From Phoronis australis (lineage: Eukaryota > Animalia > Phoronida), in NCBI GenBank assembly GCA_002633005.1, contig NMRA01000110.1:519850-583849 (forward strand): 64,000 nt of DNA. Direction: 5' to 3'. Positions 26,001-38,000 of this stretch are shown piece by piece. The translations under genes were made by a program, and so were the position numbers. The notes below the pieces were generated by a model that worked only from the letters and a program-made list of their open reading frames with translations, made no database searches and was not told where the DNA came from. Position 1 is the first letter of the stretch. The number at the start of each line of letters is the position of its first letter.

Positions 26001-29000
26001 TTGTAACAAATTTCAAGTTATGCAAGGGTTAGGAATACAGTAACTACTGTTAGTACTGTAGTGCTGTAATTACTGGAATACAATGACATTGCTGTGTAAG
26101 AGCAGATATCCATGGGAAGAGTGTATTGTTTGATACACCAATAAATCTTGTAGCAGTTTTAACAATATGCCAAGTGTAGGGAATAAAGTCATATTTGAGC
26201 CACCTAAATCTCACAGGAGTGGAGTGGAGTTAGACTGGTGTTCGAGTCCTCGGTTCTTTTGTTTGAGATACCCTGATGTCATTCAGTGTTTTGAGTCTTG
26301 AGGTATGATTTGCTTTTCTTGCCCTGTCTTGTCAAGGATTGTTCCCCCTGTTCAAGGTTTATGACTGCCATGTAATGGAATGAATGAATGTGGTTTTTAG
26401 TGTGAAATACAGTCTATGGTAGAGTTTACTGATAACTGTTGTTGTGTTTCATTTATCGTTTCTATAAAAACACAAAAGTCTTGTTGGCAATTACATGTCT
26501 GAGAGTGTCTTAGCAGTGACTCAGCATGAGGACCAGTGATGAAATGAAATGCTGGAGGTGTTGAGGTGGAAGGCTGCTATGTTTATCTTTGTTTATTCAA
26601 CTCAGTAAAGCACAAGGTTCCAAATTGTTACAGTTTCTAATTAACCTCGTTTCAGTCGCCACAGACCCTGAAACAGCTGATAATGGTTCAGTCGATGGCT
26701 CGTCACCAGAAGTGGTACGATAATGTAGCGGCCACCCTGTTGGGAAGTCAACTGATGGCAGCACAAGGGGAGGATTTGAAGGATGACGAGGCTGAAGTAG
26801 TGAAGGCGCTGGAGCAAAAGTACGACACACTGAGAGATAAACTACTGGCTGATGTAAGTATGAGTTTGAGTGTGGATTGATGTATGTGTTCGGGCTGACT
26901 CTACTTCAGCAAATCTACTTCCTGAGATAATGTCTAATTGACTAGCAGTTGGATGTGCTGATTAAAGTTCTTCCATTATGACATCACCTCTGTTTGTTCC
27001 CCTTAGGCTCTACTGAAACAGTTGGGTGAGGCAGAGTGGAATAAACTGTCTGAGAAGGAGCGGCAAGCCAAGCTGATCAAACTAAAAGTTCAGGAGAAGA
27101 AACTTAGACTAGAGGGAAAATATGATGAGGCGGCCAAGTTATTGGGAGACCTCATTGACAATGAAGCAGGTGAGAACCAGCTCATTGTTTGAGTTTTGTT
27201 TCTTGGTCTTTTAAAAGAATAATCCACAGTTGTTCTGGTACGCGTCGTACTAGACGTGCACAGGTCACTCATGTGGGACCATTACTGTGATCACCTTGAA
27301 CCATTTTTACGGTTTATTATGATTTTATAGATAAAATCAAGCTGACGAGCTATATACCTGACTCAAGGGCCGAGCAGTGAGCCCCAGTGGGACTCAAACC
27401 CATGGCCTTGAGTAAAGAAAGTGGACATGTATCCCACTAGGCCACACTGCTCTCCTTTCCCAGTGCATGGCAAATTAGAAACCTCATTTTATATTACACT
27501 TGCGACATTTAAGCATTCACAATGTGATTATACAACATGCCTGACAAGTGCCTGTAATGTCCTCTATTAACCAATTTCAACACTGTTCCCTGCTTCCTTC
27601 TTGTCACACTAGTCTTCCTGTTATTGGTAGAAATGAAAAGGAGGCTGGGTGAGAGTCAGAGTGAACAGAAGCGTCAGATTGAAGAGCGTCTTGCACGTCG
27701 CAAGCAGTTATTGGCGGAGCGTAAGGCAGAAGGGCTGACGGTTGATGACAAAACTCTGGATGACATCATAGAAGAGGAGGAGAATAAGAAAAGAAAGGTG
27801 ATGACACGGGCGTGACTTGGAGAGTGTTTTTATGTACATGAACATTGCTATTGTATTTCTATGTTCACTAGGCTGTGAACATTGTCATGATTGTGTTAAT
27901 ACCAAAACTTTTAATAAACTGACTGAAAAAATATAAAACTCAGAGACTCTTTTACAGTTGGAGACGGAGTGGAACAGTTGCATTCTTTGTAACTTTGGAT
28001 TTAATTTCTGTGATTTTCATTGTTGTGTTACTCATGAAATCTTTCAGTCAGTGCTACACTCTATGAGACATTGTGGCCTGTCTCAATATTTCACAGCCAT
28101 GTTAGATGTTAAAATGCTGTTCGTACCGTTATATGAATATTCTACAAGAAGTAGAGTTATCATCACTGATGTCAGTCTTGTGCCCTTTTTCAATGAAAGT
28201 GATTTTTCAACTGTGTTGTTTCCAGAACATTCTTGAGTCTCTCCAGCACCATTTTGACGATGAGAAAGAGGCTCTGTTGCGTATGTTGCGTGAACAGCAG
28301 GACACCATGGAGACGGAGAAACGACGTCAGTTGGAGCTGGCCAAGCTCAAGAGAGATCAGAAGCGTTTGCAGAAGGAAGAGAAGTTTGATGCAGCGGCCA
28401 TGTTGATTCAGATGTCCAAGGACGATGACAAGAGAAGGGAAGAGAAGTGAGTTTTACGACACACGATCTGTGGAGTCAAAATGTTTTGTGTCTGAGTTCT
28501 TTTTGAATTGGCTTTCTGAGTATAATGGTTCCAACTTGAAGTGAGGCAGATCATGAATAATTGCTGAAATCAATTGTATATGAATTACCAGGAAGTGTTT
28601 ACTGTTCATTTTCATTCTTTGCCAAACATTTCATCATTTTTGTGGACACTGCTCTTTCATATATGTGTGAAGTTTTTGACACTAGAGGGCGTGCCTTTCC
28701 AGTAGAGCAAATGAATTCACTTGCAATGTCAAAACAGCTAAATGACTCCACAAAGTTAGAGATGTCTTTTATGGAACTTTTTAATCACCTTTAATCAAAG
28801 GACAATTATGAATTATACAATTTTTTGCCTGTTTTAGTTTGGCGAAAGACCGCGACCGACAGAGAGAGCTAGCGAGGCAGCGTCTGGAGGCACGAAAGTT
28901 GAAGCGGCAAAAGCAGCAAGCAGACAACAATGCGGAACAACTTCAGGAGAAGCTAAAACAAGAATTGGCCGAGGACTGCAGAAACGACATGATGGACACA

Positions 29001-32000
29001 ACAGAGAAAGGTATTGTGGGATTTTAGGTTTAGGAATAAAAACACTTGATACCTTGGTTTTCATGACTTAATGTTTAGGTGACTATGAGTAAAGGTGAAA
29101 ATGGGAGTCATTAAATTGATGAAATGTTGTACGCACTGTTTGGAGATTGCGGAGTTAAGATTCCGTAAGATTTTTGAGATTTTCATCCAGTTGACCTTCT
29201 GTAGTTTCATACATAGACAAAATTTGCTCTTGCTTAAAGTCAACATTTGAATTTGATTTTGATTCATCTCTTTGTTGATGTTTATTTATCTTTCTGGCTT
29301 AGTTCTACTGACGTGTCTTTTAGCTGTGGACTCCATTACTGATCAGATCATGTCGGAGGTAGAACAGAAACACGCGGGAGAGCGTGACTTTCTGATGTCT
29401 CTACTACAGGCGGCAGACGTCAATAATAGACTGAAGAAGCAGGCACGCAGCATGAACCTTACTGTAAGTGTCTCTTGTCTATCTTGTATTTGTTGTGTCT
29501 GCCATGTTTGCTGTGTCTGGAGTGTGTCTTGTGTCTGTTTAGAGAGTCGTCCATACTGATGAACAAAGCTGCAACATAAAGGAAGTTGAGGATCGTCAGT
29601 CTAAACCAAATAAGGTCAGGTGATCCTAGACTGCAGGTGGTATCGACATCAGTCAGGTGACACAACTCTAAAAAGCTGTTCCGTTGACATAGATTGCTAT
29701 AGATTGAATTGACTGCTTTAGTCGTACGTTCCAGTGCATTTTTTATGGTTTGATTCAAGAGAAAGACGTAATTTCATTACCAATAATAGGAAGTTTACAC
29801 AATTGAAAACCAATACCAGGACACACGCAGTTGTTTTTATGTTGTATTTTATGCTTACAAAAGCATTGCCCAGAGTATCTAGGAAATGTTGAAATTGAGC
29901 TTTTGTCATCATGAGAAGTGTTATTACGGTATTCAGCATAACAAACTCACATTAGGCACACTGGTGTGACTTGGGAATTCCTCTGATACGAGCGGAGACT
30001 TGTACACATCTCGCCCGTAAATGTTGAGGCACCTCGTGTAAATCTTGTAATATTTTTAAAATAGCCTGACAGAATCAATGAACTTGCAGTCACTAAATCA
30101 GACGAGAAAGAATTAGATTAGATGGATAAACTTTATTTAAACTTGATAGTACGGTGACCCAGAGGCTCCTCTCAAACGTGCTCAAGTAATATGTGATATT
30201 AGAGCGGAATATTACAATTGATTTGAATATTTACACCATAAAAGCATTACAATAATTAAATTAAGTTAAAAACTAAAATAAATTAATTAAAAATAAATTA
30301 ATAAATTAAAATTACCATAAAAGACACTCTATCAACTACTTACCTTTTTGATCCTTAAGATTTCACCACCTGAACCTTGTGAGTGTGACTTGGATTATAG
30401 AAATGCAATCTGGGATTTTGGTCAGGTTGCTAATGACGACCTGGCAGTTTGCATACTAGTGTCCAGGGCTGTATTAGTGATGTACATATTTTCTGTATCA
30501 CTGGCACTGTAGTGAAGTATATTTATGAATTCTCATCATTCTTCTTTTATTTCAGGACCTTACAGAGAAGTTGGAAGATCTTCGCTCCGACCGTTTGGAC
30601 TGGGAAGACAAGATGGTCATCAAATCAAATAACGTAAAGTTTGACGATATGAGTGAAGAAGAAAAAAATTCGTACATCGAGGAATTAGCAGGCGAAAGGT
30701 CGGAGCAGTTTAGTAAACTGGAAGCAGCCTTGGTATATAGGGTTGAAGGTGAGGTAGACAATAGAGAGCAAAATATGGTACTAGTTATTAATATAGTACT
30801 CTGTAAATTTCACATTATGTTGTTCAATAAATCTGCACTTTCAATTAATCATCTAAACCCTACAGGTATAAGACAGAATCCACTTTGTTTCACGACACTT
30901 TCATGTGACGTATTATAAAATGTGTGTTTTAGTTGAGCTTCAGTTCCTGAAGCAAAAGACACCTGGCGCCACCTTTGACACGTTGCGTGAAGAAGTTGCT
31001 GTCAACCTCTTGTCAGACCTGCAGCAGAAACAGAATGCTGAAAACAGTGCTGTGTCAAAGGTCATACCTGACAAGGTAATGTGGCAAACTAAGCATTGGT
31101 GAGATTGGAATGGAAGGTTTCCATGAGAAAGGAAAACAAGATCAGTTCTGTAGTAAATTCTTATTTCATTTTGTCTTTTGAATTGTTCATTTCATGTTTT
31201 TAAATGTAAATCGAGTGTTTAGTTTTCTTATTTTTTACTTGCATGTGTGTTTACATAACAGGTATGCTACGGAGATAAGTTTTTAGTGATTTTTGTATCA
31301 AGCCACGAAGATATTTGTCTTATTGATGTCTGAAGAAAATCCAAGTTATTGGTGATTTTTATATATTAAGTTTATTATGACCAATGAAATATGCCAGTTT
31401 CTTGAACATTGTTCTATAACATCTGCTCACAATTTGGACATGGGACAATAATGTTTTTTCCATAACTTACATATTGGTCAATGATATCTGCCTACGGCTT
31501 GCATATTGACCAAATGAATGATGTTTGCAACTTGCCCATTGATCAATGATATCTGTCTATGACTTGCACATTCACCAATGATATCTGCCTATGACTTGCA
31601 CATTCACCAAATCTGCCTATGACTTGCACATTCACTAGTGATATCTGCCTATGACTTGTACATTCTCCAATGATATCTGCCCATGACTTGCACATTGACC
31701 AATGATATCTGTCTATGAATTGCACATTCACCAATGATATCAGCCTATGACTTGCACATTCACCAATGATATCTGCCTATGACTTGCACATTGACCAATG
31801 ATATTTGTTCTTAATTTGCACACTGACATGATATCTGTTCATAACTTGCACATTGATCTGTGATATCTGCTGCTACTTGTAGGATGAACAAATGTTGGAG
31901 TCTATCAGAAAAGTGCATCGACAGGCGAGACGTGAAGGCTGGATGACCAATGTGTCACGTACCGTGTTCTCGACTCCTGAAAGAGAGTCTGAGGTAGTTC

Positions 32001-35000
32001 ACACGTTGGACGAGGATAAACTAAATGCAGACATGGACGCGCAGTTTGAACAAGAAAAGCAGGAATTCATGAAGAAAAGTAAGATAGTGACTGTGTCTTC
32101 TCAAGTTTCTGTCTTTCTATTTCTCACCTATGGTGCCCACAGTTTCTCTGTCTGACTTTATCTTGAGTCAAGTCTTAATATTCATTATCTTACTGTCATG
32201 CCCTATTGTAAGTTTGCTCTAACTTACACAGCTTGAATATAGTTACATCAACAAGTGCAGGAATTTGGGAAGGTTTAATGGATTTTCTGTCTTTCTTGTA
32301 TTGAATATTTGAGAAATTGAATCACAACAAATCTTTAAAACTTGTCATTTGTAATTTAAAGTTTTTGATAAGTTCTTGAAATTATTTTGAATAGAGCCCT
32401 CTGTTCGTATTTTTAATGAGTCAACCATTGGCTAAAACATAATATTATGCATTTAAGTTTACAAATTTTTGAAGGATTCGTCAAAAATCTTACTGAATAC
32501 TTTATTTTTCTCGATAGAAGTTATAAGTGATGAAGAGAGTCCTTGAAGTCATGGCTGATGTCTAGTCTCATTACTTTTCTGGACCTGTTTCAATTCAGAC
32601 TTCCTTGAAGTCATGGCTGATGTCTAGTCTCATTACTTTTCTGGACCTGTTTCAATTCAGACTTCCTTGAAGTCATGGCTGATGTCTAGTCTCATTACTT
32701 TTCTGGACCTGTTTCAATTCAGACTTCCTTGTAGTCATGGCTGATGTCTAGTCTCATTACTTGTCTGGACCTGTTTCAATTCACACTTCCTTGTAGTCAT
32801 AGCTGATGTCAAGGACACTACTTTCCCACCATAATGGTGTATTCTCTGGAATTATCTCCCCTCATCCTAGACCACTCTGTATCAGATGCATGATTTCTGT
32901 GCTCTCCTGTGCCTGGTTGCATGAAACAGTCCCAGAAAGGGACTTGGTTAATTTCCTTAAATCTTGTGCATATTTGTGTCATGTTTGCTCACACAGTAAT
33001 CTTTTTCATTTATGATTGCTCCTCCTTGACTAATGTCATTTTCTAATAATATATTAACTAAAAACTGAGCCCTGAGTTCTATGAAAATAGTCAACACAGA
33101 GTTCACTTTCGTTTGTACAAATTCAAAAAATGACGTAGTAATGAAACTAAAACAGCACAAGGAAAGGTAGTTGTTGTTTTCACAGGATCTCTAGAGAACT
33201 TAATTGAGTCCCTTTTTGGGACTGTTTCATGTAACCGGGCAATGTATCTCAACGTAGTGCTATATCTACACCAAATCCCTTTAATCAGTTTTACTGTCCA
33301 TTCATTGCATGGTACGTGACTGTACTACTCACATGTCACAGCCTTTTATTGAACCCTGTATTACCCTCTGCATGTTGCTGTGTGCTCTTTCAGTGAATAC
33401 CATGATCAAGAAAAGTAAGTCACATTTTCTAGTTGTGTTACACCCTGTATTTGGGCCTCCTGGTCTGCCTAGCAACACTTATAGTCCATATTACTGTCAG
33501 CTGATCATTGTTTATTGGCCATGTCAGTGCTTTCCCCACACTGTGTTTGCTTACACACCAAGTTGAGCTTCAAAAATTTATTATGGTTATCAATTCCTTA
33601 TGACCTGCATGAAGTGCATATCTTGGCCTCTTTTCCGTCATCCATATCAGGATAGAAGGCATAGAGGCAATCAAAAATATTTTTTAATCATGTTTTGCAT
33701 GCATTGTTTGTTGCACAGCAACGTTCTGTCCGTGGACAAGCATTGATTGGCTTGATCTTGCTAGCCACGTAGATCAGCATCGTTGATAGTAGGCACCATG
33801 TTAGCATCCTTGATAGTAGGCACCATGTTAGCATCCTTGATAGTAGGCACCATGTTAGCAGCCAGTAGCTGTGTTGGTAGCAATCACTATCAACTAGATT
33901 GGATTGTTGTTTATGTTTTGTTGCAGCTCTTGTAGACTTACTATGTCTTTTAGTTACACAGTCTGCACGGGGGAATGACATCGTGTCACAGAGTTGTGTA
34001 TTTTATTGAAAAATATCAGCATTCCTACGTTGGCTTGACTGATGCTACATGTCACAATAGTCATTTTTCCAACCATTGGATACTTCAATGACAAGATGGA
34101 TTGTGATTCCTTGTTGATGTATAATATGTCAAAAGAATGAGACAGAAATACCATGATGCATCATTATAGCTACGCTTGTGCTCAGCCGCCATGACGGGGG
34201 AAATTCTGGATCATTTTTGTTGTTATTATTTGTGGCGTGCATTGCAATGTTGACTGTTGTACTGAGGACGTGAGCGTGGCAAGGTCCTGTAATGTTGAAA
34301 TGACTTCAACCAGAATTAGTCTGACAAATGTGTTCAGCATAAGCTCTAGACAGATGTGTCGAAACTTGAACATAGATCTAGCTTTATTCTCCTGGTTTTT
34401 CTGCTTTGTGTTATTTTGTAGAACATTGAAAGAGACATTTCCTTCTTGCACTATATTTATGATGAAAATTATTCTAATTGGTTTAATTTCTCAAACCTCA
34501 CAATTTTTTTGAATACCTTTCAATCCTCAATAGAAAATTGATTCCATCCTCAATAAATCATCCACAGCAATATCAAGTAAAAACGAGTGTCAAAAAAACG
34601 TTTTGCAGAAATGAGATGTCGCTTTATAGGGCCTATAAATACGCTTTCAATCACAAAAACAATTTTGATTTAAATCACTTATCGTAAGAAATTGGTCTAA
34701 CATTGTTCTTTAATCAAATTAGAGATTAATTTCAAAAGAACTTGCATTTGTTATTGCTGGAGACTGTGCTGTACACTTGTCACAGCTTGTGAATTTATGT
34801 TCTGAGTGTGATCTCTAGGAATAACGAACTGTCAGTTCCTTGCAATTTCAGAAATTACTTCCCATTTTAGTACTAAACATGTCGAGACCAATTTTGTAGC
34901 GTTATGTGGTCATGATCAAAAGTTTGCTTCTTGGATGGAATGTGGGTTTGTACTTGCTTCAGTTGTTTGATGCCGTAGTGTACTTGTATTTAGTATGATT

Positions 35001-38000
35001 GTTTGTTTTACACACAGTGCCTGAGGAAGCTCAGACAGGTAGAGCTGCTGTCCCTTCTGTGGACGCAGGACACTCATGAATAATGCTAGTGGGACCATGT
35101 TCTTGTTATGCACGGCTGATACTGATACATGGTCTTTGGTCTTGCATTTTCACGAGTTCTTTGCGCCTATAGAGGGCAGCCTTGTTTGGTGTGACCTTGA
35201 CCTTTGTATGTTGGTTACTCTTGTTTGAACTTTGTCAATGAGTGACATATTTTGCTGTTGGAATGGCTAAAGTTATATGTGATTAACAGTCCATGTAATG
35301 TAGTCTGTGTTTCTGTTGGCCAGTGGTCACTGTTTCATAGTTTGTGGTTCTCTCACCAGATGTCATGAATGTGGCAGACCACCAGCTTAGAAGAAGAATC
35401 TGAAATGACAAATACCTCAAAATTTGAATTATTTGTGGCGGTTTCTTCCATTTACACTGTCTAAAAGCCAAATTTTTTAGTTACAATTGCTGCCAGGCAA
35501 AGGACTGGTTTAGTTCACATGTACCCAAGTGCAGGCGGGCAGAATTACTGCAAAAACTAGGTCAAAAATTTTGCAAAATGACACAACTTATTGCTGTGAA
35601 ATGAAAACATAGATGTGAAGCAAAAGTTCCGGCTTTGCTCTAGCAAAGAGTTGACCACAAGGTGTAGCTATGCGCCTGCCTCCTTGTCAATCAAAGAGTT
35701 AGTACCAAACATGACCACAAGGTGTAGTTAGTGTGCCTGCCTCCTTGTCAGTCAAAGAGTTGGTACCAAACATGACCACAAGGTGTAGCTATGTGCCTGC
35801 CTCCTTGTCAATCAGAGTTAGTACCAAACATGAATACAAGGTGTAGCTATGCGCCTGCATCCTTGTCAATCAAATTCTCACTCTGTTACATCGTCTGACT
35901 ACGTCATTGTTCAATACACACAGAACAGTCTTCGTTTTATGTAACAATTGTCTCCGTGTGATTGACAGTTTGGGTGTGGTTTGCAAAAATTAATGAGACT
36001 CGGTCGTCTGATGACAGTTTGATGGTACAATTAAAGCTGACAATAATTATCACTAATTTTTACATTATTGTGTTTAATTTGCTATTCCTTGACATTATTT
36101 CGTCAAGCAAATCATGAGAGTAACATTCATAAATAAGACGAGCAAATCTAATCTTAAATTTTCATCCAAAAGACACGTGATTGTTGCTTGATAACAATTC
36201 TGATGTTTGTGTGTTCTATGGTTTGGTTTGGTGATTGGGGTTGTAAATTTGACCTAGTTTTCACTTTGAATGGTTGTAGCGTGGAATGACAAAATTAAAA
36301 AATTTACTTTAATTCACCATTGCTGTTTCCATCAAATCAATTTCAGTACTCGAGAATACGTGTCTATGTTTCATACTATTATATTATGGTAAAGTCTCTT
36401 CAAACTCAAACAAAAATAACGGCCAAAACTGTCATTTTTTCATCCTTTAGATGCCCACTGTATTGCTAAAAGTTTACTCTTCTTGAAAATTTTGATGAAA
36501 TAAAATTTTTACTGTTCTGCTATGATGTGTTCTAATTTGAAAGAGATTTACCATGATAATCACCTGACCAGGTATGTTGTGGTACCTGGCCAGGTATGTT
36601 GTGGTATATTTATTTGAAGGTAATTTGTAAACCAGTCTTGCGGTATAATCTGAGACGTGATGCCTGGAATTGTTTCAGTGAAAAAGGACGGTAAGCCGAC
36701 AAGTTCCATTGACACGGAGGCTCTGTTGAAGGAACTGGAAGAACAACAACAGGCGAGACGGGCGGCCATGATTGAGCAGAAGAGGAAGCAGTACAGCAAG
36801 ATGAAGGTAGGGGGCGCTGTAGTTGTAAAGTCATCTGACTGAAATAGTGTCTGAAATCTTTTAGAATTACAATGTGCTTTACTGTGCTTGAACATTTTTG
36901 TGTCATTTGTTGAATGTTGAAATCATCAACTCCTGGATTTTACTGAAGTCTAGCTGTGCATTCTGGTTTGTTGTAGGAGAGATGTTATTTGTTGAATGTT
37001 TTCTGATTTACAACTTAATGCATTTTGTATTCAGGAAAAAATGGAAGCTAAGAGGTTAGCAAAGGAGCAGAAGATGTATGAAGAGCACGCTGCTGCAGCC
37101 ATTGTGCAACTGGCCAAGAAGAACCAAGAGGACATGGCAGAGAAGTCTGAACTGGAGAAGACAAGGCAAGGTAACATGATGGCGGAGAGGTTAGCAGCCA
37201 GACGGGAGGCGCGAAGGAGACAGGCGGAGAAGGAAAAGGAGGCAGCGACACGCCTCAGTTCTGCAAGTAGTAACGCCTCACTTCCAGTAAGTTCGAGTTA
37301 AAGTTACTGTCAGGTCTTGATTTGAAAAACTTGCTATGTATCACTGAGTTTGCAAAGCAGTATTATTATTAATTTTCCAAATCTTTTACTTCAGTTTGCG
37401 CTAACTTTTCGCTTGAAAAAAATGTGATTGAGGAAGTTGATGTAAGCACTGCTTTAGTCGGACCGTGGCATAGGATGGCACAGCAAATCTTTTTCTGAAA
37501 TAGATGTTTGTGAATTTGTTTTCTGTTAAATGTTCATTACCAAAAGCTTGAAATAGTCAAACATGCGAAACCTACCAACTCCAGTTGGTATAAATATTAA
37601 GTAATTGATCGTTTCTCATTGCAGCCTGGTCTTGGCTTGAAGCGGGAGAAGACTGTAGTCGATGTATCCATGTCCGATGAACAAAAGTACGACCTGAGCG
37701 CTCGGCTGGTGAAGCAGCAGCAAGCGGCTCAGAAGAGGCTCCAAGAACAACTCAATAGCCAGAGTGACCGGGTGAGTGGACATCGGCTGACTGTATTGTT
37801 GGACAGTCTTGGTGTATAGCACTTGACTTTTTGCTTTAATTTTTTCTTCTGTCAGTTCCTGTTTTTAGAATCATTGCGAAAAGAAGGCTAGTCTCCTGAC
37901 TTGGTTGAGTGGCTGTTGACAGCTGATTTCTATAGCAAAGACCACGGTGGTTTCAGTGTTGCATTGTCAGTGTTGAAGACATCAAGAATAACATCTCTTT

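Noticed and set aside
30110-30340. Possible LINE 3' end on the minus strand (AATAAA plus short tctaa tail)
   Set aside because: No reverse-transcriptase remnant or second copy visible; too weak to call.
33100-33167. Possible extra exon in the 4.6-kb intron
   Set aside because: Weak acceptor, and it enters in phase 1 but exits in phase 2, breaking the frame.
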